A DNA stretch of 35,064 nt from Gammaproteobacteria bacterium (GTDB lineage Bacteria > Pseudomonadota > Gammaproteobacteria > GCA-001735895), in NCBI GenBank assembly GCA_024763185.1, contig JANTFY010000003.1:1-35064 (forward strand), given 5' to 3'. Numbering within the stretch: position 1 is the stretch's first letter; each line of letters opens with the position of its first letter. This document shows positions 20,738 to 29,031 of the stretch, in pieces. The notes below the pieces were generated by a model that saw nothing but the letters and a program-made list of their open reading frames with translations, had not been told where the DNA came from and made no database searches. The position numbers and the translations under genes were made by a program.

Positions 20738-21772
20738 TTACAGTGAATCCGGATTGGCCGCCTTACGCTGCGCCTCTTCCTTACTGATCAGCCCCTGCGC
20801 CAGAATCTGTTTGAGGTTCTGGTCCAGTGTCTGCATGCCGACCGATTGACCGGTCTGGATAGCCGAGTACATCTGCGCTACCTTGTCTTCTCGAATCAGG
20901 TTTCTGATCGCCGGGGTACCGATCATGATTTCATGCGCCGCAATTCGACCGCCACCGATTTTTTTCATCAGTGTTTGCGAAATAACCGCCTTCAGTGATT
21001 CCGACAACATCGAACGCACCATGGCCTTTTCCGCCGCCGGAAACACATCCACGATACGGTCGATGGTTTTGGCCGCCGAACTGGTGTGCAGGGTACCAAA
21101 AACCAGGTGACCGGTTTCGGCCGCAGACAACGCCAGGCGAATGGTTTCCAGGTCACGCATCTCGCCCACCAGAATGGTATCCGGATCTTCACGCAGTGCC
21201 GAGCGCAGGGCCTCGTTAAATCCCAGCGTATCTCGATGTACCTCGCGCTGGTTGACCAGGCATTTTTTACTTTGATGCACAAATTCGATGGGATCTTCCA
21301 CCGTTAGAATATGGCCATATTCGGAATCGTTTTTATAATCGATCATGCCCGCCAAGGTGGTGGACTTACCCGAACCGGTGGGGCCGGTAACCAGCACGAT
21401 ACCGCGCGGGTACTCTGATATTTCCTTGAATATAGCGGGTGCGCCCAGGTCTTCCAGAGTCAGGATCTTGGATGGAATCGTTCTGAATACGCCGCCGGCT
21501 CCGCGGTTATGGTTGAAGGCATTCACACGAAAACGGGCCAGGCCGGGGATCTCGAAAGAAAAGTCGGTTTCCAGGAACTCTTCAAAATCCTTGCGCTGCT
21601 TGTCACTCATGATGTCATACAGCATGTCATGTACCTGTTTATGGTCCATTTCCGGCACATTGATTCGACGTATATCGCCATCCACCCGGATCATGGGTGG
21701 CAACCCGGCTGATAAATGCAAATCGGAGGCACCCTGTTTCACGCCAAAGGCCAATAGTTGAGCTATATCCAT
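20738..21772 (-). CDS. pilT: Type IV pilus retraction ATPase PilT
   Basis: MDIAQLLAF..ASDLHLSAGLPPMIRVDGD, GPTGSGKSTT and the AIRNLIRE motif; 344 aa. Confidence 0.98.
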   Translation of the reverse strand: MDIAQLLAFGVKQGASDLHLSAGLPPMIRVDGDIRRINVPEMDHKQVHDMLYDIMSDKQRKDFEEFLETDFSFEIPGLARFRVNAFNHNRGAGGVFRTIPSKILTLEDLGAPAIFKEISEYPRGIVLVTGPTGSGKSTTLAGMIDYKNDSEYGHILTVEDPIEFVHQSKKCLVNQREVHRDTLGFNEALRSALREDPDTILVGEMRDLETIRLALSAAETGHLVFGTLHTSSAAKTIDRIVDVFPAAEKAMVRSMLSESLKAVISQTLMKKIGGGRIAAHEIMIGTPAIRNLIREDKVAQMYSAIQTGQSVGMQTLDQNLKQILAQGLISKEEAQRKAANPDSL

Positions 21773-21820
21773 GTTTATTCCACTTGGTAAGAATTAGTTA
21801 TAAAGGGAGATTACTATTTT

Positions 21821-21960
21821 GATACCCTGGCACGCCTAGAGATTTTATTCTGAGACAAGGCAAAAATGCACGGCAGAGCCCAGTCTGCATGGAGAAAATG
21901 GGCATTTGAGTCCATTTTAAACGCTGGATAAGAATAAAAGGTCATTCGTGCAAAGGTCTC
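21821..21960. mobile_element. Degenerate 140-bp palindromic MITE-like element
   Basis: Terminal inverted repeats GATACCCTGGCACG / CGTGCAAAGGTCTC (11/14 match); sub-terminal inverted pair TTTTATTCT (21843-21851) / AGAATAAAA (21931-21939); internal hairpins at 21873-21888 and 21895-21918; ATTTT on both sides (21816-21820, 21961-21965). Confidence 0.7.
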
Positions 21961-22049
21961 ATTTTAGTTATTATTGTGTATTGTAGTGTTTATTATTCTT
22001 TTTACAGGAAAAAGCACACCCTCTAACAGGCTGGACTATAGCAAATCAC

Positions 22050-22733
22050 ATGAGCAACATCGAAAATAATCTTGCATCAGTTCGCCAGAAAATTATCGAC
22101 CAATGCCTTGCCAGTGGACGACAGCCGGAAAAAGTCACATTACTGGCGGTGAGCAAAACCAAACCCATTAGTGATATCGAACTGGCCTATCAGGCCGGGC
22201 AAAGGGATTTTGGTGAAAACTACCTGCAGGAAGCCGAGAAAAAAATTAACGGTATCAGCCATAAAGACATCATTTGGCATTACATCGGCCCCATACAATC
22301 CAACAAGTCACATAAAATCAGTGAACTGTTTGACTGGGTACACAGTGTAGAACGCTTAAAGGTCGCTAAACACCTGGACAAATTTCGCCCGCCACATAAA
22401 CCGCCCTTAAACATATTATTGCAGGTCAATATTGACCAGGAACCGAGCAAATCAGGTATCGATGTTCAGGACATTCTGCCATTGGCGGATGAAATCGCAT
22501 GTTTACCACAGCTGAAATTGCGCGGGCTGATGGCTATCCCGGCCATTCGAAAAGATTTTGAAGCCCAGCGTGAACCGTTTAAAAAAATGCAACAGGCATT
22601 TCAAACCCTGCAACAACAGCACCCGCAGTGCGACACCCTGTCGATGGGTATGAGTGCCGACATGCAGGCGGCCATTGCAGAAGGCTCCACACTGGTTAGA
22701 ATAGGCACTGCAATTTTTGGCGCACGTGATTAA
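22050..22733 (+). CDS. yggS: PLP homeostasis protein YggS/PROSC
   Basis: LLAVSKTKP, FGENYLQE, WHYIGPIQSNK and LSMGMSAD...GSTLVRIGTAIFG. Confidence 0.96.
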   Translation: MSNIENNLASVRQKIIDQCLASGRQPEKVTLLAVSKTKPISDIELAYQAGQRDFGENYLQEAEKKINGISHKDIIWHYIGPIQSNKSHKISELFDWVHSVERLKVAKHLDKFRPPHKPPLNILLQVNIDQEPSKSGIDVQDILPLADEIACLPQLKLRGLMAIPAIRKDFEAQREPFKKMQQAFQTLQQQHPQCDTLSMGMSADMQAAIAEGSTLVRIGTAIFGARD

Positions 22734-22745
22734 TCGGGCAACTAA

Positions 22746-23579
22746 ATGACTACTCCTCTCTCAACAACACCCGCTACCATCTGCTTTATTGGGGCCGGCA
22801 ACATGGCAAGCAGCCTGATCGGTGGACTGATTTCCAATCAATATCCGCCCGATCACATCATAGGCAGCGATATCGATACGCAAAAACTGTCCCAGTTACA
22901 GCAGGCCTATAATATCCGCACCGAAACGGATAACCATCGGGCTGTCGAACAGGCAGACATCGTTGTTCTGGCGGTTAAACCCCAGATCCTGCAAGCTGTT
23001 TGCAGGGGCATAAAAAATCTCCATCACCACCCCCTGTTTATCAGTATCGCCGCCGGAGTTCGCGAACCGGATATCAATCGCTGGCTGGGGAATGATCAGG
23101 CCATCGTACGCTGTATGCCCAATACCCCGGCTTTGGTAGGCCTGGGCGCCAGTGGCCTGTATGCCAACAACGCGGTCAGCGCGGAGCAGAAACAAAATGC
23201 CGAGCGCATTCTGCAAAGCATCGGTATCACGGTGTGGGTGGATGAAGAGTCCCGGCTGGATGCAGTGACTGCCATCTCGGGTAGCGGACCGGCTTATTTC
23301 TTTCTGTTTATCGAGGCCCTGCAACAGGCCGCACAGCAACTCGGGCTCGATGAACAAACAGCAAGCCGCCTGGCCAAACAAACCGCTCTTGGCGCGTGCA
23401 CCATGGCCATGGATAATGACGTGACCACCTTACGACAACAGGTCACCTCTAAAGGCGGCACGACCGAACAGGCCATCAAAAGCTTCCAGCAAAACAAACT
23501 GCAGCAACTCGTACTGGACGCCACGCGCGCTGCTGAACTACGCTCCAGGGAACTCGCCCAGGAACTCGGCAAAGATTAA
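22746..23579 (+). CDS. proC: Pyrroline-5-carboxylate reductase
   Basis: FIGAGNMA, LAVKPQ, RCMPNTP, AISGSGPAY and VTSKGGTT. Confidence 0.97.
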   Translation: MTTPLSTTPATICFIGAGNMASSLIGGLISNQYPPDHIIGSDIDTQKLSQLQQAYNIRTETDNHRAVEQADIVVLAVKPQILQAVCRGIKNLHHHPLFISIAAGVREPDINRWLGNDQAIVRCMPNTPALVGLGASGLYANNAVSAEQKQNAERILQSIGITVWVDEESRLDAVTAISGSGPAYFFLFIEALQQAAQQLGLDEQTASRLAKQTALGACTMAMDNDVTTLRQQVTSKGGTTEQAIKSFQQNKLQQLVLDATRAAELRSRELAQELGKD

Positions 23580-23601
23580 AACCTATAGAGACATTGATAC
23601 C

Positions 23602-24210
23602 ATGGGATCGAATTACCTCACCTCACCTTTACTACTTGTCATTAATACGCTGTTCGATCTTTACGTATTACTGGTGATGTTGCGCTTCATTTTCCAGATG
23701 TTACGCGCCGACTTTTACAATCCCATCTCCCACTTTGTGGTACGCGCCACCACGCCACCACTTAAGCCCTTACGCAAGATTATTCCCGGTATCGGTGGCC
23801 AGGATATGGCTGCGCTGGTATTGTGCCTGCTGATCCTGATGATCAAGTATTTCATCATTCGCGCAATGGGGGCCGGAGTCATTGATATCGGCAATGTACT
23901 GGCGCCGGTAGCCAAAGCCAGCATTGGCGGGCTCATTATCATCGGGCTGGCCGACATGGTCGCTACCTTTATCAATATTTTCCTGTTTGCGATTATTATC
24001 CAGGTCATTCTGAGCTGGGTGAACCCGGGCGCCTACAATCCCGCCATCAGCCTGATTAATACCGTCAGTCGACCGGTCATGCGCCCGATACAACGATTTA
24101 TTCCACCCCTGGGCGGGCTGGACCTGTCGCCCCTGTTTGCCACCCTGGGCCTGATGGTTATAAAAATGCTGGCGATTCCACCGATCATATTTTTAGCCTC
24201 CAAACTATAA
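23602..24210 (+). CDS. yggT: YggT family membrane protein
   Basis: Two YGGT repeats (RADFYNPISHFVVRATTPPLKPLRKIIP; ILSWV...PIQRFIPPLGGLDLSP); follows proC. Confidence 0.93.
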   Translation: MGSNYLTSPLLLVINTLFDLYVLLVMLRFIFQMLRADFYNPISHFVVRATTPPLKPLRKIIPGIGGQDMAALVLCLLILMIKYFIIRAMGAGVIDIGNVLAPVAKASIGGLIIIGLADMVATFINIFLFAIIIQVILSWVNPGAYNPAISLINTVSRPVMRPIQRFIPPLGGLDLSPLFATLGLMVIKMLAIPPIIFLASKL

Positions 24211-24408
24211 ACCGTTTGCCCAGAACCCTGCAGGCCGAAACTGTCGAAAAATACGATTACACAGCTTGAGCACGCACACGGGTGATTCACCGGCCTGGGG
24301 GAGAATAATCGAATCTTTTTGATTTAATTCGTTCTATAATGGGCACAGGGTCAGAAAAGATACTTATAAGAATCCTTTTCTTACTTTATGAATACACTGG
24401 AGGAATCA

Positions 24409-24843
24409 ATGAAAAAATTATTACAACTCATAGGCTTGAGCCTGCTGTTCGCGTTTCATTCCATCGCTTTTGCTGAAAGTTCACAGACCATCGGCGATTA
24501 CATTGTCCACTACAACGCCATTTCTACCGAGTCCCTGCCACCCGCTGTAGCCCGTGCCTATGGCATCACGCGCAGTAAAAACCGTGGCCTGCTGAATATT
24601 TCCGTGCTGAAAAAAGGCGGGAACTTCGAAGGTGTCGAGGCAACTATTGACGTCAGTGCCACTAACCTGACCGGCCAGTTACGTGATATCAAGTTGCGTA
24701 AAATTCAGGAACAGAACGCGGTGTACTACATCAGTGAATTTTCTGTCGCCGACCAGGAAACACTGGACTTTTCCATCAAGGTCACCACCGCCGATAACAA
24801 AACCGGCAACATGAAACTGCGCCAGCAGTTTTTCAGCAACTAG
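24409..24843 (+). CDS. DUF4426 family exported protein
   Basis: GGAGG RBS before ATG 24409; signal peptide ending AFA; VHYNA..LPPAVARAYGITRSKNRGLLNISV, NLTGQ and AVYYI. Confidence 0.85.
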   Translation: MKKLLQLIGLSLLFAFHSIAFAESSQTIGDYIVHYNAISTESLPPAVARAYGITRSKNRGLLNISVLKKGGNFEGVEATIDVSATNLTGQLRDIKLRKIQEQNAVYYISEFSVADQETLDFSIKVTTADNKTGNMKLRQQFFSN

Positions 24844-24861
24844 ACCTTCACGGGTTCGACA

Positions 24862-25311
24862 TCAGGCGTTCACTTCCGCCTGGTGCCGGGCCCGAATGAA
24901 ATCGCTGTGTGACACGTACAACAGGTCGGCCACCTTGCGCAGCAGATGCTCTTCATAATGGTGTTTTTCACCATCGGCGTAAGCCACTTTCCACATTAGC
25001 TCGATAACCTTCACTTTTCCGCGCTGATCCAGTTGTTCATTCATCAGGCGCGTGATGTGCTGCAAAGACACCAGTTGATCGGCCTTTTCATGAGCGCTTT
25101 GCAGCAAGGTATCCACCTCTTCCTCGCATAAGGAAAGATGCTGTAACAACAAGTTTCGGATACTGGCCAGTTCCGTTTCGTCCTGCTCAAAATCGGCACG
25201 ACTGACCTCGATCAACAGAATGGCCGTGGCCAGGTCTATAGCCATCGCAGGCTCGTCTTTGTTGAAGCGCTCAAAAGTGGGTTTAAAAAATCGGTCGATT
25301 AAAGCTTTCAT
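24862..25311 (-). CDS. TerB family (tellurite-resistance-like) protein
   Basis: ATAILLIEVSRAD...E and MWKVAYADGEKHHYEEHLLRKVADLLYVSHSDFIRAR. Confidence 0.85.
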   Translation of the reverse strand: MKALIDRFFKPTFERFNKDEPAMAIDLATAILLIEVSRADFEQDETELASIRNLLLQHLSLCEEEVDTLLQSAHEKADQLVSLQHITRLMNEQLDQRGKVKVIELMWKVAYADGEKHHYEEHLLRKVADLLYVSHSDFIRARHQAEVNA

Positions 25312-25345
25312 TTCCTCATTCTAAAAACCCATGGATTTTTATTCA

Positions 25346-25408
25346 ATAGATAAAACCGATTGATAAATATTTATTGATTGATTAAAAAACCTGATAGCGG
25401 CACACTAT
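25346..25408. promoter_or_regulatory. Putative OxyR binding region in the divergent terB-like/oxyR spacer
   Basis: ATAG-N7-CGAT at 25346-25360 and a perfect ATAG-N7-CTAT at 25394-25408, in an AT-rich spacer upstream of oxyR. Confidence 0.6.
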
Positions 25409-25433
25409 TAAGACTTCCTTATCCAGTTAAGCC

Positions 25434-26354
25434 ATGACCTTAACCGAACTCAAATACATCGTTGCCGTTGCCCAAAAAAAACATTTCGGACAAGCCGCAC
25501 AAGCCTGTTTTGTCAGCCAGCCTACCTTGAGTATCGCCATCAAAAAACTGGAAGAAGAACTCGATATCAAGCTGTTCGAGCGCAGCTCGAAAAATGAGAT
25601 TCGCATTACCGATATCGGCCAGCAGGTCATTGAACAGGCGCAGAAGGTATTACGTGAAACCCAGGTCATCAACGAGATTTCCCAACAGGGCAAGGACCCT
25701 TTATCGGGCACCTTTCGCCTCGGTGCCATTTACACCATTGGCCCCTACCTGTTGCCCAACCTGATTCCGCGCATCAATGAATCCGCACCCAATCTGACGT
25801 TGATTATCGAAGAGGATTTTACCGCCAACCTGTCAACCAAGTTAAAACAGGGTGAGCTCGATGCCATTATCATCTCCTACCCTTATGATGAAGCGGGAAT
25901 CGAAACGGCACCATTGTATGAAGAACCCTTCGTTGTGGCTTTACACTCAAGGCACGAATGGCTACAAAAAGAACAGATTTCCGTCAACGAACTGGTCGGC
26001 CAGGACCTGATGCTGCTCGGCGCCGGGCACTGTTTCAGGGACCAGGTGATACAGGCTTGCCCACAGTGCATGGAAAGCAATAACGAACTGACCCGCACCC
26101 TCGAAGGCAGCTCACTGGAAACCATCCGTCACATGGTTGCAGCCGGAACCGGCATTACCGTACTACCCTGTACCAGCATGATGCACAGCCAGCAAAATCA
26201 TGATCTGATCAGCATCAAGTCCTTTGCCAACCCCCAACCCAGTCGCACCGTTGCATTGGCCTGGCGCAAGCATTATCCGCGCAAGGAGGCGATCCAACAG
26301 ATTATCGACAATATCCAACAGTGCCAGTTACCGGGTACACAATCCATTCGTTAA
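25434..26354 (+). CDS. oxyR: Hydrogen peroxide-sensing LysR regulator OxyR
   Basis: LysR HTH (HFGQAAQACFVSQPTLS), GAIYTIGPYLLP, redox motif GHCFRDQVIQAC (C-x8-C) and GSSLETIRHMVA. Confidence 0.95.
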   Translation: MTLTELKYIVAVAQKKHFGQAAQACFVSQPTLSIAIKKLEEELDIKLFERSSKNEIRITDIGQQVIEQAQKVLRETQVINEISQQGKDPLSGTFRLGAIYTIGPYLLPNLIPRINESAPNLTLIIEEDFTANLSTKLKQGELDAIIISYPYDEAGIETAPLYEEPFVVALHSRHEWLQKEQISVNELVGQDLMLLGAGHCFRDQVIQACPQCMESNNELTRTLEGSSLETIRHMVAAGTGITVLPCTSMMHSQQNHDLISIKSFANPQPSRTVALAWRKHYPRKEAIQQIIDNIQQCQLPGTQSIR

Positions 26355-26360
26355 AGGACA

Positions 26361-29012
26361 TCAAACACCGACACAGTCGACATAGATAGTTACACCTGGA
26401 TAATTAATTACCCCACTTCCATCTCCATTGGAGCCACCAGAAACTTCACATATATGTCCCTGTCCGGTATCACTGCCTTCCACAACCTCAACAGCATAAG
26501 AAGAGCCGTTATCCAACTGAGATGAAAAGGTATAGGTACCATTATCATCAATGAAAAGGTCATCACCACCATTATTGGTCAATGTGAAAGTACCGATGGC
26601 GCCACTTACTTCAACGACAATACCAAAGGGACCTAGCGCATGATTCCCGTAACGGGCAATAAAAATATCCTCGCCGGAGGATTCATTCAGATAACGAAGA
26701 CCATGCCCAGCAACAAAGATGTTATCCACTGGGTCAAGAACAATACTTTCAGCCTGGTCTGTTGCAACAGTACCATCTTGTATGGTCCACTGCAGAACTC
26801 CATCATTATCTAGTTTACTTAAGAAATAGTCGTACTCACCCAAGTTACTATTTCCATAGAGTGCGCCAGCAGTTGCTCCAGTTACATAGATATTGGAAGC
26901 CGAGTCCAGGTCAATACCCCTGATCCATTCACGTTCGACCGTGCCCATTTGGGTAATCCACTGCAAATCCCCGTCACTATCCAGCTTAGCGATAAACACA
27001 TCTATTTCACCATTATTGGTTCCATTCCAGTTACCCCAGGTATCACCTCCTATGTAAATATTATTATCACTATCCAGAACGATACTATAGCCATTATCAT
27101 ACGAGTCAGTTCCTAACTGCTCTGTCCAGAGCCTGCTACCCGTTGAAGTATATTTTGTAACAATCACATCGGTGAAGCCAAGGCTGACATTTCCATCCAA
27201 ATCCCCACCTGTATAACCTACCACAACCACATTATCATCTGAGTCCACAGCTATTTCATAACCGTATTCATAATTATTAGTTCCCGGTTGCTGGGTCCAT
27301 TGATGGTCACCATCCGGGTTATATTTGGAGATAAAGATATCCCGCCCAGCATGACTACTGTTTCCATTTAAGCCATTTTCAGTCATGCCTGTCATGTAAA
27401 CGTTGCCTTCACTGTCCAGGGCCACATCATATCCTATGTCGGATTCAATACCGCCGTTTACGACCGTCCATTGATGATCACCATCCAGATTATATTTACT
27501 CAATAGAATATCCCGCCCCCCACTATTAACATACCCATCCAGGTCACCGAAGGTATCCCCGGTTATATATAAATAACCTCTTACATTATCCAAGACCAAA
27601 CCACGAATTTCATCATCCTCTTCACTTCCATTTAAAACGGTCCAGATAAAATCTCCATCTGACGAATATTTACTAATAAAGAGATCCCCCCTTCCATTAT
27701 TGGATTGACCATCAAGATCTCCTGCCGCTTTTCCAACCACAAACAAATCACCTGACGCATCTAGTGCTATATCGTTGGCATAATCATGAAGTACTCCTTC
27801 CATAGTTCCATTCTGGACGAACCAAGCCAAGGTGGGTGGACCTCCGGGATTTGCAGTATTTGCCGTTATGCTGACAGAATCAGGATTACTATCCAGTTCA
27901 CCATCTGTGACGGTTAAATTGACAACATAATTACCCTCTATATCAGCAATAAATGTGGGCGTTTGAGAATTCGCATTTATTAGCGTTGTAGAACTACCAT
28001 CGGGCACAGACTGAAATACCCAGGTAAAACTCAATTCATCATCATTGGGGTCAGAACTTGATTCACCATTTAACAAAACCGTTGACCCTACATCCACACT
28101 TTGATCATTTCCTGCATTTGCAACCGGCCTGCCATTGCTGTTTACTGCAGCAGTAATAATGACCTGGTCCTGGTCGCTATAGGTGCCATCATTCACCTCC
28201 AATTGCAGCAAGTATTCTCCCTCCACATCAGCCATAAATGAAGTCTGTACCTGTGCCATGTTTTCTAACACTGCTGTACTGCCATCTGGCCTGCTGACAA
28301 AACCCCATAGGTATGTCAGCTGATCGCCATTTACATCGATACTTGCCGAACCATCAACCGTCACCAGGCGTGGAGCCAGAACACTCTGATCATCACCAGC
28401 ATTAGCATTGGGTGGTAGATTCATACCATCCGGCAGCCCACCACCATACTCAATAATTGACTCATGAAGTTGATCCCTTGCATCTTCAACACTAACAAGG
28501 ACTCTGTTCAAAGCATTCTGTGTATCCTCACCAAAAGATGCACTGGAAAAATCTGTTTGTGCTGGCAATAAATTAACTAAATTATCATCCAGAGTGATAA
28601 CTCCATTATCTGGGTCACCATCACCATCTACAGTTTGCAATAAACGCGCAACATTAATGGCCGCATCTTCATCACCGGGAAACAAGGTATAGGGGGAAAT
28701 GGGACCTTGCTGTACCCGTACATTACCCAGATTAACCGCCCCCAGAGAAAATCGCACCATATCGCCAACATTACACGTATATTCCCCAAGCTGATTGGTT
28801 ATACCTGTATGACCTGATGAACAGGTATATCTCAATCCCTGAACTGGGTCATCGATAAACTGACCGGTGATAGTCTGGGCACTCGAGCCACCACTGCCTC
28901 CACCACAGGACATCAACAATACAGATAAGACGGTAGCCAAAAAATAACCCGCCACCTTCGGCAACGAAACGCCCCCATGAAGAGGCTTGATACGGTCTGT
29001 TATTTGTTTCAT
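26361..29012 (-). CDS. Large acidic lipoprotein: N-terminal domain, 2 PKD-like domains, SBBP beta-propeller and C-terminal beta-rich domain
   Basis: Lipobox-like VLLMS-C followed by GGGSGGSS; two PxANAGxDQSV...xGSxSxD...LTxxW units; about 7 repeats of xxIALDxxGNxYxTG.T.G.L.G..N.G..DxFxxKY...G...W. Start uncertain (ATG 29012 or TTG 29039). Confidence 0.85.
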   Translation of the reverse strand: MKQITDRIKPLHGGVSLPKVAGYFLATVLSVLLMSCGGGSGGSSAQTITGQFIDDPVQGLRYTCSSGHTGITNQLGEYTCNVGDMVRFSLGAVNLGNVRVQQGPISPYTLFPGDEDAAINVARLLQTVDGDGDPDNGVITLDDNLVNLLPAQTDFSSASFGEDTQNALNRVLVSVEDARDQLHESIIEYGGGLPDGMNLPPNANAGDDQSVLAPRLVTVDGSASIDVNGDQLTYLWGFVSRPDGSTAVLENMAQVQTSFMADVEGEYLLQLEVNDGTYSDQDQVIITAAVNSNGRPVANAGNDQSVDVGSTVLLNGESSSDPNDDELSFTWVFQSVPDGSSTTLINANSQTPTFIADIEGNYVVNLTVTDGELDSNPDSVSITANTANPGGPPTLAWFVQNGTMEGVLHDYANDIALDASGDLFVVGKAAGDLDGQSNNGRGDLFISKYSSDGDFIWTVLNGSEEDDEIRGLVLDNVRGYLYITGDTFGDLDGYVNSGGRDILLSKYNLDGDHQWTVVNGGIESDIGYDVALDSEGNVYMTGMTENGLNGNSSHAGRDIFISKYNPDGDHQWTQQPGTNNYEYGYEIAVDSDDNVVVVGYTGGDLDGNVSLGFTDVIVTKYTSTGSRLWTEQLGTDSYDNGYSIVLDSDNNIYIGGDTWGNWNGTNNGEIDVFIAKLDSDGDLQWITQMGTVEREWIRGIDLDSASNIYVTGATAGALYGNSNLGEYDYFLSKLDNDGVLQWTIQDGTVATDQAESIVLDPVDNIFVAGHGLRYLNESSGEDIFIARYGNHALGPFGIVVEVSGAIGTFTLTNNGGDDLFIDDNGTYTFSSQLDNGSSYAVEVVEGSDTGQGHICEVSGGSNGDGSGVINYPGVTIYVDCVGV
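26645..27830 (-). repeat. About seven ~57-aa SBBP-type propeller repeats
   Basis: Repeats are visible in the translation. At DNA level, 27297-27347 and 27468-27518 (171-bp period) match at 40/51 nt by manual alignment. Confidence 0.8.
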
Positions 29013-29031
29013 TTCCTTTAAACCCACCCTG

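Noticed and set aside
24211-24408. yggT-DUF4426 spacer as an sRNA or gene remnant
   Set aside because: Only a TATAAT (24335-24340) is recognisable; no stable structure or recognisable coding fragment seen.
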